Source: Bugula neritina
Taxonomy: Eukaryota > Animalia > Bryozoa
Reading direction: 5' to 3'
NCBI GenBank assembly: GCA_964035545.1
Contig: OZ037766.1
Coordinates: 7,926,722 to 7,990,721, forward strand
DNA: 64,000 nucleotides
The notes beneath the pieces were generated by a model. It was not told the origin of the DNA. It saw nothing but the letters and a program-made list of their open reading frames with translations, and did no database searches. Each line of letters begins with the position of its first letter. Position 1 is the first letter of the stretch. Below, in pieces: positions 11,738 to 25,502 of the stretch. The position numbers and the translations under genes are program-made.

Positions 11738-14700
11738 CTAAGCAGCAAGAATCTCTTCTAGAAGTTCTGACCTCTGGCCCTCGCTCAGTACTGTGAAAGA
11801 GGCGAGAGGGTTAGCGCACTGCATCCCGTAGGTCTGTAAAACGTAAACAATTACAAGAATCCAGAAAAAATGTTGCATTACTTGAAGAAAAATTATTAGA
11901 GGGAAATAGCTAATAAATGGATTCTGAATATATCAACATAAGTACTAGCCAGTGTGGAAACATATTTTATGCATAATCTGCCAACTACAAACTTAACATA
12001 GCGGTGAGGTTGGTGTTGGTGTGAAGGAGCTTATCACTGCCCCCACCTTACATAATCACTTGATAAGTACTACATTCATACCCACAAGGAAAGACAGAAA
12101 TTATAAAACAGGAGGTATTTCAGGGATAAGACAGAAGAGGGTTAAACAAAAGGAAAGGTGACACAGAGTCGGTTAGCAAATCACCACAAGCTGCAAGCAA
12201 ATAGCCCATCAAATGTTAGCTACACATTGAAAGTAGCAATGCGACATACACATATTACTGCTTTATGCTAAAGTTTTTTCCAAAACTTTACAACGTTGTC
12301 CTTCTTTGACCACAGAAACAGGGTCAAGAGCACGATCAGCAGAGGTCAGCAGAAAGTTCTGTAGAGCAACGAGAAACAAAACTAGGGGTAACAAGAAGCC
12401 ACTCTAATGCATAGATATAGGAGAAGAAATATAAATTTATCAAAGTAGACAAAATATAATGTTTTCACATAACTTGAGTTTTTTAAAGTTATCTAAAATA
12501 CATTATTATTTGAAATACAAAAGCACAAAAACTTGCAAAATGCACTATCACAAAGTTTATGCAAATATTTGACAAGCACATGATTGGTCAACAAGCATGG
12601 TGTTCACACAAAATGGGTGGCACAAACTTTCCTAGAAAATGAAATGATCGAGGATAAGGAATTAATGATCTAAACTAGTGTATTCAATACCTACAAATAT
12701 CAAACTATCGTTTAATCTAATGACAACCTTTTGAGAAGTACGGTAATCAATTTTCCTTCTACAATGGTTTTTCGCATTCTAAAACTTATTTCATGAATGC
12801 AGCCAGAATTTTAGTAAAAGCCACGCGAAGAGTTGAAGTTGTAGAAATTTATAGTAACTAATTTTTAGCTATCTTTTTAATTATACCTAATGTGATACCC
12901 AGCATAATAAGTACATCTAAACTGTACTTAAACTTCACCAGAAACTTACATGAGCATACTGAAGACCACATTTCTTTTCTGCAGAGGATGCATTAGCACC
13001 CACCCAAACAACAACATCACATCCAGTGTCGACAATAAATGCATCCTGCAAATAATAGAAAATATAATAACTGTATGTGTCCCACACTGCACTGTAGATT
13101 AATGTGTACTTAATATTATTATCATCTATATATGTATCTAGAGAAAGTATCTAATTTGTGTAGGAAGTAACATCTATTAAGGTCGCTATATTTCAAAGCC
13201 TTAGATTACAGTTAACACATTGTTGTTAGAGGACTAATTTCTAATTTTTGCTACATACATTATTAAGTAAGTACAAGCACTCGTAGATGAAAACCTCTAT
13301 CTTATTTGCACATTGTTAACTCCAATGATTAATTTGAAGAGCAGACAATTACACCTTACATACTTTAGTAAAGAATACACATAATATACATGTATAAAAT
13401 AAGTTCATCTGCATTACTATACTGTAGACGTACATTAGTGTCGAGGGAGTCCTTAGAGAATGTTCCCTCAGCAACCAATTCAAAGTTCATATTTCCAGAT
13501 GCATCCGAAAGTCTGAAATGACATTTTCCAAACATGTTATTCAGCTTAAAAGTCCAACACTTACAATACTAAGTAAAAGGTGTGCATTGCATATTTACAG
13601 AGTTGTGAAAATGCAACGTTTCTCATTACAGAGTGTCTCTATGCAATTGCTTATTTATTCCGAATGGCTCACATTTCCTTCTTTTTGATGATAACCTGTT
13701 TAATGCTTATAATATAAATATGAAACTCATATATGCACTCTATGCATAGCTGTGACGGCAATTATTGCAGTCCTACACAGATAAAGGATAGGCAAGTCAT
13801 ACTTGTAGAGTTTTTTCACATTTCCAGATCGATCTACAGTAGTCTCCTCTTCTACATCACATTCTTCAATGGTCAGTTTCTCATAGAACTCATGCTAAAG
13901 TATAGAACAACATGGATGAATTTTGTTGTACTATCCAATGCATATAAACAGTCTACAATATAGATAACTTCACTGCTTTAATTGCTATGTTGTCTATCGC
14001 TAAAATGATACTGTATATTTAGTCTTTGAATAATAGTTAATGTTTCTAATAACGATTGAGATGATGCTAATGATGAGATGTGAGCAGTAGAATAGAAAGA
14101 CTTGGAAGGGATAGAGAAATTATTTAGACTATTTGATAAACTGTACTATATATTGTTACTCGCATTAAAAAACTCATTTAGAGTCAATAATTAAAACACC
14201 AACAACAAAAATAGTTTTGTCAAGCATTTCATAAAATATCTGATCAGGACTGGAATATAACATAAAAAATTACTCTTAATGAAACAATGGGAGGTTTAGT
14301 ATTTTAAATAGCCTACACTATTTATAAATCTACTCTCTTAGCGTCAACTATAGTGACCAGGAACATATTGCTTTCAGAAATGAGTTGCTGTATTTATTCA
14401 GTAAAAGCATAATTATGATTAGCTGCACACTGGTTAGGCCTACACCCATTTCACCCAGTTGCCAGCATAATTTTAACTTTTTAAACAGCTTTAGAATTTA
14501 TGGAGGTAATCTTTCACATCAAAACCACAAGATAGAATTTTAACTGTAATTAGCAACTATCTTCATAAGAACGCACATCAGCTATACAGTAGGCTTATAA
14601 CTCTAACTAAACACAATACTCAGTACTCTACCAACCAGGCAATACTACTTACAGTCTCAGGGGTAGAGTCTTCCTCCAGGACATCAGTCTTAGCTCTTCC

Positions 14701-17700
14701 TCGCTCACTCTCCAGTTGTTGGCAATATGCAGCAGCATTGTACTTTTCATCCTGCAAGGTGTATAATAAACAAGCTATACCTAGACTTGTATAGTAACTG
14801 TAGAATAATGTATTAGCAGTAGAATATCTCCAAGTATACCTTAGCAGACTAGCTATTTGTGTGTGCAAATAATATATGTCAATGTTATTAGCTGTATTGC
14901 TAGTCACTTTTCTACCAAGATCTCATACCAATATAATATACAGAGAACTAACAATATTTATATTAATTTATCTATAGTTTCAAATTTCATAGATAACAAA
15001 TCCTAACCAAAACTCCATTTAAAACCACATAAAACTAAAGGGCCACCTGATCTAGAAAACCCACCTTACTGCAGTTAGCTCCGTTGAACTGGTAGATTTT
15101 CAGCCCCAAGTCCATAATGAATACGTCACCAGAGTTGATGTTCTTCCTTCGCATTTGAATCTGCTTTATTTGAACTTTCCTTCCTGACTTTTTCACCAGG
15201 AAGAGTCGTGGCTCATACTTGGTAGGCTCAACATGTCGGAATCCAGAAGCCACGCCTCCATCCATGTACCTGCCAAAGACAGTCAGATAATGACCATTAG
15301 TTCTGGTAACTCTAATCTGCACACCATTTAATCATCTACATCTATATTACAGGTTAATTCAGTCCTACCAGACGTATTAGGTAGCAGCAAGTTATACAAT
15401 AAGATATGTGTAATATGTTGAGCAATTTTTCTACAATATTTTTTTTAAAAAAACACGCATGGACTTTTCCTGATTGGTGCTACAGCAAAAAGAGTTTTGA
15501 CTTTACATAGCAAAGAGAGTGTGCGGCACAAGAGTTCAAATCCCAACATAACAATTCTGGTAACATGTCTCATGATTATTTACATCTTCCTGAGAATTTT
15601 CTTAGCTGCCATAATAGAATTTAGTTGCAATAGTAGCTTGGTGCTTCGGGTGCTACTTGCTAAGGCTAAGGCTAAGGATGGCCTTGGGTCACATACAATA
15701 AGCCTCACACAAATATAAATTTTAAACTTGCATTATATATATAACTAGAAAAATAGTTACACAAACTTTTATATTATACATATAAGGTACCCATTGAGCT
15801 TGAGTACAAACAGAACTGTAATCATTCAAATTTATACTGCCTAAGCAAGTTGATTGCTAAACATGTTCAGTGCATCTTTAGTAAGTTTTTACTTTTAAAA
15901 CTTATATTTTGTTTGGGGACATGGAGGCAGCCCATTTATCACCATATTATTTTGACAATCACCAAGGACTCCTTTTTAAAGATGACAATATTACATATTA
16001 ACCGCATGTTGAGGTAGATTACAAGCCTACATTAGTTAATAGCTAAAACAAAAGTACAAGTGTGTACATTACATATATTATTATTAGCCTGTGCCCATAT
16101 ATAGGTGCATTGTGTATGATTGTCAGCTATATTTTGACCCATTAGCAATGTAAATCATAGTAACTAATGAATGATAAAATTCCTGGCTCCATTATTATTC
16201 ATGATGTATACCATATATTGTATCAAAATAACCTACTAGTAACATAGTTGCTAGGCAAGCGCTATTAGTAATTCACTGGTATTATCATCTATAATAAAGC
16301 AATGCTTTATCACAGACAAAATTATAGTTGTAACTGCAATTCTATAAGTTAATTTATATATTTGTATGCAACTTCACTAATTTTTTATATAGCCCCACAC
16401 GGTCTCTAAAAATATAGTTCCTACTTAAAAGATGGAAGCAATACCTATGTAATAGTTATATCAACTAACGTTGACTAGAATACATACTAGATTTAGCTGG
16501 TGAACGTGTCCTGAAAGCTTAAAATAGATTCTATCTCACCTGGTGTTTTTAAACAAACTAATAATAGAAGTAATCATTGGTTTACTTAAAATTTAAATGC
16601 ATTAATTTATGTCAGAATTTTTAGCATCTGAAAACTAGAGGTTAGAACTGCCAAACATCTTGGACTACTTCTTGCATCCATTGTTTGATAATTTTTACTT
16701 TCGTTATGGCGAACAAATGGAAATTACAGACTAACCAGACTTTAATTTAGAACTTATAAAGGAGAATTTAAATGCTAATTATTAGGAAAATATTACAATG
16801 TCTATAAAAGTTGTAGTATGCTAGTACAAGTTTGTTTTTTATCCAAAAGTAAAATAAACTCCTATAACTGCAAAGAGTTGTGACTATAACTTACAGTGGT
16901 TTAGAGCCTTTAAGACTTACCATTTAGGACCTAAGTCTATTTGGGTGAATGAGTTTTTTATAATCTAAATTGGCTTGTGGTATTTCTATCGTTTATAGCC
17001 TTCCACCAAAACGGAACAGGTAAGTTTTTCCATTGTATTTACTAGTAATGAATGTCCGGCAAAGGCTGTTGAATGGCTTTTAGAATTTAGACAAACAATT
17101 CGATTATCATTGAAAATATTCGTGTATTGATTACACAATCTCAACTCCCACGGATGGCATGAATCATCCAAGCAGATTGCTTCTGGAATGCTCCCAGTGT
17201 CGTAGCACGCCATTAGCTACGTACAGCACAGTAAGATGCAGCGAGGCATGACCTACACCGGTCACGCTCTGAATAACTCTATCAACTATTATATCTATGC
17301 CGGAGTCGTATGTCTTTCCACTCGACTCCACCGCGCATTCATTACACTGACTATAGCCAATGGAATGTAATGTTGAGTGAAGTGCTTTCATCTTGTCATC
17401 CTTTACGCAAACATGTTCAACTCAAAGATAGGAGGCATCAAATCATAGCATACCAGACTATTTAGCACAGTGTATGACGCAGTATGTAGGCGTTCTACTT
17501 ACACCAATTTGTCAAAGTAGGACTTGAAGAGTGAAGACTCGTGAGCCTGCACTTCTCGGTGCTGGACTGGTCCATCATTGTGGTATGTGTCGAGCTCGAC
17601 TGTCTTATAAGCTGCAGTTCCATATTCATCCTGCAGTAGAATAAACAGGCAGAATAAACAAGCAAGTCACATTTCATAACGCACCAGCCACCTGCAGTGT

Positions 17701-20269
17701 TGACAAATGAAAATAAAACGAAGTGAAGGTAGTGTAAAGGAATGTTGTTTAGGCATCAACTAAAAAACTAAATAGGCCATAGCACAATGATAACCTGTGT
17801 TCACTGCATTGGTTTATTACGCCCAGTTTATCAATTCTTAGCCAAGCCTATAGCTTCTTATCTTACACTAGTAATATTACACAGTGTGTATGTAGGTCAT
17901 CACAATACAACTTGTATAGGCCATGAAAGTTTCAACAATTAGGTTCCATTACAAATAAAACAGCATAGTACGTTGAACTTAATATATTGTGAAGTTCAAA
18001 GAAATAACTGTATTCAATTAAAATTTGTTGCTGCATATTTAGCTAGCTAAATTGTTATGCAATACATAAGCTTGCAGGTTGAAACTAGTCTATTCAGAGG
18101 TTAATTGGAATGAACTACAAGTAAAATCACTGATATAAGTTACTAGTGGGTATAACTTTACGAACCTGGGTGCTGTGTTTGCCAATCCAGAAGTGCACAT
18201 CCCATGCAAGGGCTGGGCTGTTGGGATCAGGCTGGTATGTCTAAATTGGAAGAACAAATTGGAAATTACTGAAGCGCTAAAAGCAGTGCTCAGCAACTGA
18301 ACCAGCAAGTTTAACACAAACAAGTTCTAGTTTGCTACTTTACAGAGATAGTCTTTAATGCAGATGAATATATTACAATAACAACTGGTTGTCATGACAA
18401 CTAAGGTGAGTGACACATCCAGGTTTCTAAAACTTGTGACCATAAAGTTCTACTTACATGTAAAATAATATATGAGTCACCACTGTAGAAGTTTCCGTAC
18501 TCTTCCTTTGGCCAATGCTTCACTAGAAATTTCTAAAAAAAAGGTGCATCATACTGCAACAACACAGAGTATGCTTTACATAGCAAAATTTAGTCAAAAA
18601 TATCACATTTCTTATCTAAAGCAAATGCTAAGAGTACTATAGTGAAATCAGCATGAGACAATACCTCAATTCTCCATATCTCAGTGCCAGGCTTTGTACC
18701 AGAATTCTCCCAAGCCTTTTCGGTTTCGGCTGATGCCTCTGTAATTCATGCATTTCATGTTTAAACTGTTACAAATACTCAACTATGAATTATTAAAATT
18801 TGAGAGGATTATGATTGATTGTAAAAAGCTAAAATTATGCCATGCAGTCACAAAATACATATTCAACAATATCATTACTTTTTATATTTTTCTCTACATC
18901 TGAGCCAAACAAGGCCATGTTGGAATCTTTCCAGTCATATTCTTTAGCTTTTCTTAAACCTGCAATTATAAACAATGCAATATCTCCACACACAAAATAA
19001 CCAATTCAATTTAAATGTGGTTACAGATTACCTACAATACAGGCTTAAGAACATAATAAGGCAATTGTGTCATAAAATAGCTACAGGTAATAATAATTCA
19101 AATCTCCTATATCTTTGATTGGCACAGAAACACAAATCAATCTTACAAAACCTTTGCATCTAAAACACTCAAACTAAAATTTACACAAATATGAAAACAA
19201 TATGTATAAAATATGGCAAAATAAAGTAAAATAAAATATATAAAATAAAGATGCTTTTCGTCACACATGGCAACCCGAACTGTATGCCATAAAATGCAAC
19301 AAAAGTTATATCCATTTTTCAATGCAACTCATGTCATTAACTAATGCATCTTTAATCAAACACAAGTATTTGATTACAATCCGATTATACTTTCTGACAG
19401 GACTAGTTTTGTGTATTAACTTTACTTATTATAAACAATGTTTTAAATTTAAAAAAAGTGTTCAGCTTGAGCAATATTACTGTAGTAAAACACAAATTTC
19501 AACTGTTGTGTCTATATAGAAATCACCAAATTAGAAATATCAACAGATTCTTTCAAGCAAAAATTTAACATCCAGCATCAATCAAGGTAGGCATTGTGGT
19601 CTTGTGTGTAACTGTAAGGGAGTTTCTTTGATAGATGCTCTCAACACAATTAATCACTGAATGCAATTTCATAACATATTAATATATAACCATAAAATAG
19701 AATAACCAATAATAACTGCAACTTATTATTTCAATGTAATCACCAAGAGCTGCCATAACTCATACTGCTAGTGTTTCACTGGCCAGCTGAGCTCAACTTA
19801 AATTATCAACGTTAAGTCAATATTATTATTATTATTATTACATTTTTATTTTGATTTAATTTTACCAAACACATTTATATTGAATTTGATATTCACAATA
19901 ACAATTATAATAATTGGAATAATTATATTTATTACAATAACTATTACTATTAGTATTAGTATATTATTATAATTTCATAATCATAATGACTATCACTATG
20001 ATAGTATCTAATTCACTTTCAGTAAAATTACTTCTAAGTTTAGGTCTAAGAGCAAGTAAGTGTATAAGTATTACTATTAGTATTAGTATTACTACTAGTA
20101 CTAGTAGTAGTACTAGTAGTATTACTATTAGTATTACTATTAGTAATACTGTATTAGTATTACTATTAGACCTACTCTTAGTGATTTACTTTTAGTTGCT
20201 AAACTATTATTATTATTAGAATCACATTAAAATATAGTGGCTTTTAAACCAGATATACCAACCTGACAT
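11738..20269 (-). CDS. Gelsolin-like (3-domain, severin/fragmin-size) actin-severing protein, paralog 1
   Basis: Exons 20269-20263, 18959-18879, 18738-18665, ~18532-18458, ~18240-18166, ~17630-17503, ~15269-15066, 14751-14653, ~13895-13803, ~13512-13433, ~13045-12950, then terminal exon A 12358-12263 or B 11833-11738. Protein [68 protein letters not shown]. Confidence 0.92.
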
Positions 20270-20392
20270 GTTGAAGAAGGTAAGTATTCGTATCAATGTA
20301 AAGTACTAGGCTATCTTGCAACCAGCGGGTGAATGCTCAATTGGACTAGAGAGGCACCGAGTACAAGGGTTGTATTTACAGCCGATATGAAT

Positions 20393-20460
20393 GTCACGTG
20401 ATCTTTACTTCCTCATGTTCTTGAGTTTTATTGGTTATATTTATAATAAAGCCACGCCTT
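20393..20460 (-). promoter_or_regulatory. Putative gelsolin promoter (E-box GTCACGTGA, CCAAT, TATA-like, GC-box)
   Basis: Motifs lie ~125-190 nt upstream of the ATG; E-box and CCAAT are retained in copy 2 (~32667-32725). Confidence 0.4.
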
Positions 20461-20709
20461 AAAACCATTACAGCAAGCTCAACTATGCTAAAACCGGCTG
20501 CAGATACTACCTTCAGTTATCAGTAATAACAATATAGATTGTAGGGTAATACAAAAATACTAATTATATTACTATTATCTTTATAAAGGTATGATAACAA
20601 AAACTAATTATATCAGATGATAATTGAAATGACACATTTTTTAAATTTTAAATAGGTACTTAAAAAATTAATGCAGAGAAAATAGTTCAAATTTCTCTAT
20701 GGAAATGTT

Positions 20710-23700
20710 TTAAGCAACAAGAATTTTCTCTAGAAGTTCTGACTTTTGGCCCTCGCTCAGTACTGTGAAAGAAGCGAGAGGGTTAGTGTACTGCATCACA
20801 TAGGTCTGTAAAACGTAAATAATTACAAGAATCTAGAAAAAATGTTTCAGCATCTACCAAAGTAAAAATATTCGAAAGAAATAACTAATAAATGAATTTT
20901 GAAGATATCAACGTAATTATTAGCCAATGTTGAAACATATTTTATGCATAATCTGCCAACTACAAACTTAACATAGCGGTGAGGTTGGTGTTGGTGTGAA
21001 GGAGCTCATCATTGCCCCTACTTTACATAATCACTTGATATACACCACATTCGTACCCAGCAAGGAAAGACAGAAATTATAAAACAGGAGGTATTTCAGG
21101 GATAAGACAGAAGAGGGTTAAACAAAAGGAAAGGTGACACAGAGTTGGTTAGCAAATCACCACAAGCTGCAAGCAAACAGCCCATCAAATGTTAGCTACA
21201 CATTGAAAGTAGCAATGCGACATACACATATTACTGCTTTATTCTAAGGCTTTGTCCAAAACTTTACGACGTTGTCCTTCTTTGACCACACAAACAGGGT
21301 CAAGAGCACGATCAGCAGGTGTCATCCCAGATAGACGCTGCAAAGCTAGATGTTATTTATTTATATTGGTACAATATATATTTTATGTGCAATTTATTTA
21401 AATAAAGCAGGTATTGAGCACATAAATAAACCTCTTTGATCTGCTTTAACATAATAATTTTACACATTTTTTGCTTCTTGTTTGAACAGGTATTTTGTTA
21501 ATAAGTATTCATTAATTAAAGGTTTAATGTTTATTATTAATATGTTACTGTTTTTGTCCCACACAAATCTATGAAAATTAGAATATTATTTCAGATAATT
21601 CATGTTAGCTATTGTAGCTATTAGCATTTTAGCTATTTAGCAACCAATGCAAAAGTTACAAAGGTATAAGTAGGTGTATTACTATATAATTATATGGCAC
21701 CAAAATAAAAAACAGCGTTCAACTGGGAAGCTTCCAAGTGGAAAATTTAGCCTAGAGTCTAACTGGGATGAAACCGATCAGCAGAGGTCAGTAGAAAGTT
21801 CTGTAGAACAACGGGGAACAAAACTAGGGTTAACATGATGCCACTCTAATGAGTAGATATTGGGAAAGACATATAAATCTATAGTGACTAATTACAGTAG
21901 ACAAAATATGATGTCTTAGCATAACATGAGTTTTTTAAAGTTATCTAAAATACAATTATTTGAAATACATAAGCACAAAAATTTGCAAAATGCACTATCA
22001 CAAAGTTTATGCAAATATTTGACAAGCACATAATCGGTCAACAAGCATGGTGTTCACACAAAATGGGTGGCACAAACTTTCCTAGAAAATGAAATGATCG
22101 AGGATAAGGAATTGAGGATCTAAACTAGTGCATTCAATACCTAAAAAAAAATCGAACTATCGTTTAGTCTAATGAAAACAAAACCTTTTGAGAAGTAAGG
22201 TAATAAATTTTCATTCTACAATGGTTTTTAGCATTCTAAAATTTATTTCACAGATCCAGCAAGGGTCTATTAGACGCTTTTCAAAGGTCTCCAAGTCCCC
22301 TTACAATTAAGAGTTGTGTTCTCCCAAAATGAAAATTTTAGAACAAAATACACTTGAACTTGTTGTTGTGGTTTTAGTTGCTGAGCAATGCTGAAGTGCC
22401 ACGTCCGGATTGCTCAGTAATTAAAACCCCAAAAATGCTGTCAAGTTTATTTTTTCACAATTCTCCATGAAAAAATATTTTTAAAAAACTTTTTGAGCTG
22501 CGCTAATATATGTGCTTATACCAAAACATATTATATCTCCTAAAATAACAATTCTATAGCATAATTAGAGTTTTAAGTAGAAGCCAAACTTTGAATTTGA
22601 GTTTGCTTTCTAGACAAAGGCTCAACCATTGACCTATAACCCCAGTTATAGTTTCAGTTCAGTGGGCTCAACCTATTCACTTTGGGAAGACACAACTCTT
22701 AATTGTAAAGGGGATATCTTGACCTCTAACAAGTGTCTATTGAAGTTGTAAAAATTTATAGTAATAAATTTATAGTTATCTTTTTAATTATACCTAATGT
22801 GATACCCGGCATAATAAGTACATCTAAAATGTACTTAAACTTCACCAGAAACTTACATGAGCATACTGAAGACCACATTTCTTTTCTGCTGAGGATGCAT
22901 TAGCACCCACCCAAACAATAACATCACATCCAGTGTCGACAATGAATGCATCCTGCAAATAACAAAAATATAATAGACTGCATGTGTCCTGCACTGTAGA
23001 TTAATGTGTACTTAATATAATCATCATCTATATATGTATCTAGAGAATGTGGTCTAGGAGTTAGAGTGTTTGCCTAGTAAACATGAAGTCTTGGGTTCAA
23101 TCCCGACAAAGGCCATTGGTGATGCTAGTGAGAGCATCCAGTCATAATTGCTCTTGTGCCTCATATGAATAATTCCTAGCCAATTCAACAAAAATAAACC
23201 TTTTCAATCAGTGGTTTCTCACACGAATGGTGACTATAAACTTGCATGAGTTTTTATCTAGAGAAAGTATGTAATTTGTGTAGGAACTAGGAGGTAACGT
23301 TTACACATTGTTGTTACAGGACTAGCTTCTGATTTTTGCTACATAAATTCTTACAAGTTTATCAAGTACAAGCACTTATAGATGAAATTTCTATCTTATT
23401 TGGATAATGTTAACTCTAATGATTAATTCGAAGAGCGGACAATTCCACCGTACATAGTTTAGTAAAACGTGCACATATATAAAGTAAGCTCTTATGTATT
23501 GCTTTACGGTAGACATACATTAGTGTCAAGGGAGCGCTTGAAGATTGTTCCCTCAGCAATTAATTCAAAGTTCATTTTTCCGGATGCATCCGAAAGTCTG
23601 AAATAACAATTTTCAAACATCTTATTTAGGAATCTTAAAAGGCTAACACTTTATTACAAAATGTGTCTATGAAATTGCTTGTTTATTCTGAATGGGTCAC

Positions 23701-25453
23701 ATTTCCTTCCTTCTAATGACAACCTGTTGAATGCTTAAATAATGTAAATCTGAAACTCATATATGTACTTCATGCATAGCTATGGCTGCCACCACTGCAG
23801 TCCCACATAGATAAAAGATAGGCAAATCATACTTGTAGAGTTTTCTCATATTTCCATATCGATCTACAGCAGTCTCCTCTTCCACGTCACATTCTTCAAT
23901 GATCAGTTTCTCATAGAAGTCATGCTAAAGTACAGAACATGGGTGAATTTTCTCGGACTATCTAATACATATAACAAGTCTACACTCACTGCTCTAATTC
24001 CTATGTTGTCTATCTCTAAAATAATAATTATTACTGTATATTTAGTCTTTGAATAATAGTTCATGTTTTTAATAATGATTGAGATAGCATAGAAAGACTT
24101 GGAAAGGATAGAGAAATTATTTGGACCATTTGACAAACTGTACTATATATTGCTACTCACATTAAACAACACAATTAAAGTCAAAAATTGAAACAACAAC
24201 AACAAAATTCCTCTTAATGAAACAATTATTAGAGGTTTAGTATTTAAATAGCCTACACTATTTTATTAATGCTATAAATCTACTCTATTAGCTTCAGCTA
24301 TAGTGCTCTACAAATAACACTGTTTCTTTTGTAAACCTAGTAACCCGGAGCTGAGATGTTGTATTTACTCATCAAAAGCATAATTCATTAGCTGCAGTTC
24401 ACCCAGTTGCCAGCATACAGCTAATTTTAACTTTGAACAGCTTTAGAGTTTATGGAAGTAATCTTCCTTGTCAAAACAGCAAGATAGCATTTTAATTTGC
24501 CACTACCTTCATAAAAAACATTCATTATAGCTATACAGCAGGCTTATAACTAAGACTGTACGCAGTACTCTGTTAACCAGGCGATACTACTTACAGTCTC
24601 AGGGGTCGAGTCTTCTTCCAGGACATCAAGATTGGCCTTTGGTCGCTCATTGCGTAGTTGTTGGCAATACGCAGCAGCTGAGAACTTTTCATCCTGCAAG
24701 GTGTATAATAAACAAGCTATACCTAGACTTGTACAGTAACTGTAGAATAATGTATTAGCAGTAGAATATCTTCACATATACCAGCTCTTAGCAGACTAGC
24801 TATATGTGTGCGCAAACCATATACACCAATGTTATTAGCTGTATTGCTAGTCACTTTTCTACCAAATAAAATTCGATACAGTATTGCACATATACCAAAA
24901 TCTAATATTTATCTATAGTTTCAAATTTAGTATCTAATAATTCCTTAAGTCAAAACTCTATTTGAAGCCATATAAAACTAAAGACAATGCAGTTTATGAT
25001 CTAGAAAACCCACCTTACTACAGTTAGCTCCGTTGAACTGGTAGATTTTCAACCCTGCATCCATAATGAATACGTCACCAGAGCTGATGTTCTTTCTTCG
25101 CAATGGAATCTGCTTTATTTGAACTTGCCTTCCTGATTTTTTCACTAGGAAGAGTCGTGTTTTATACTTTGTAGGATCAGCATGTCTGAATCCAGAAGCC
25201 ACGCCTCCATCCATATACCTGCCAAAGACAGTTATAGATAAGAGACTATATTACCTGTAGTTCTGGTAACTCAAATCTGCACACCATCTAGGCATCTGCA
25301 TTTATATTACAGGTTAATTCAAACATACCAGATGCATGGAGCAGCTGCAATTTATACAAAGAATATGTGTAATATGCTGCACAATTCTTTTGCAATGTCT
25401 TTTTTAACAAAACATGTATGGACTATTCCTGCACCCATTATATATATTCCTGC

Positions 25454-25502
<49 letters not shown>

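Noticed and set aside
12051-12069. Possible 18-nt microexon (YLSSDY) between the gelsolin terminal exons
   Set aside because: The acceptor AG is not conserved in paralog 2, and it lies downstream of the exon A stop.
16986-17391. Two 75-aa minus-strand ORFs in gelsolin intron 6
   Set aside because: No recognisable motif, no compatible splice sites identified, absent from the paralog.
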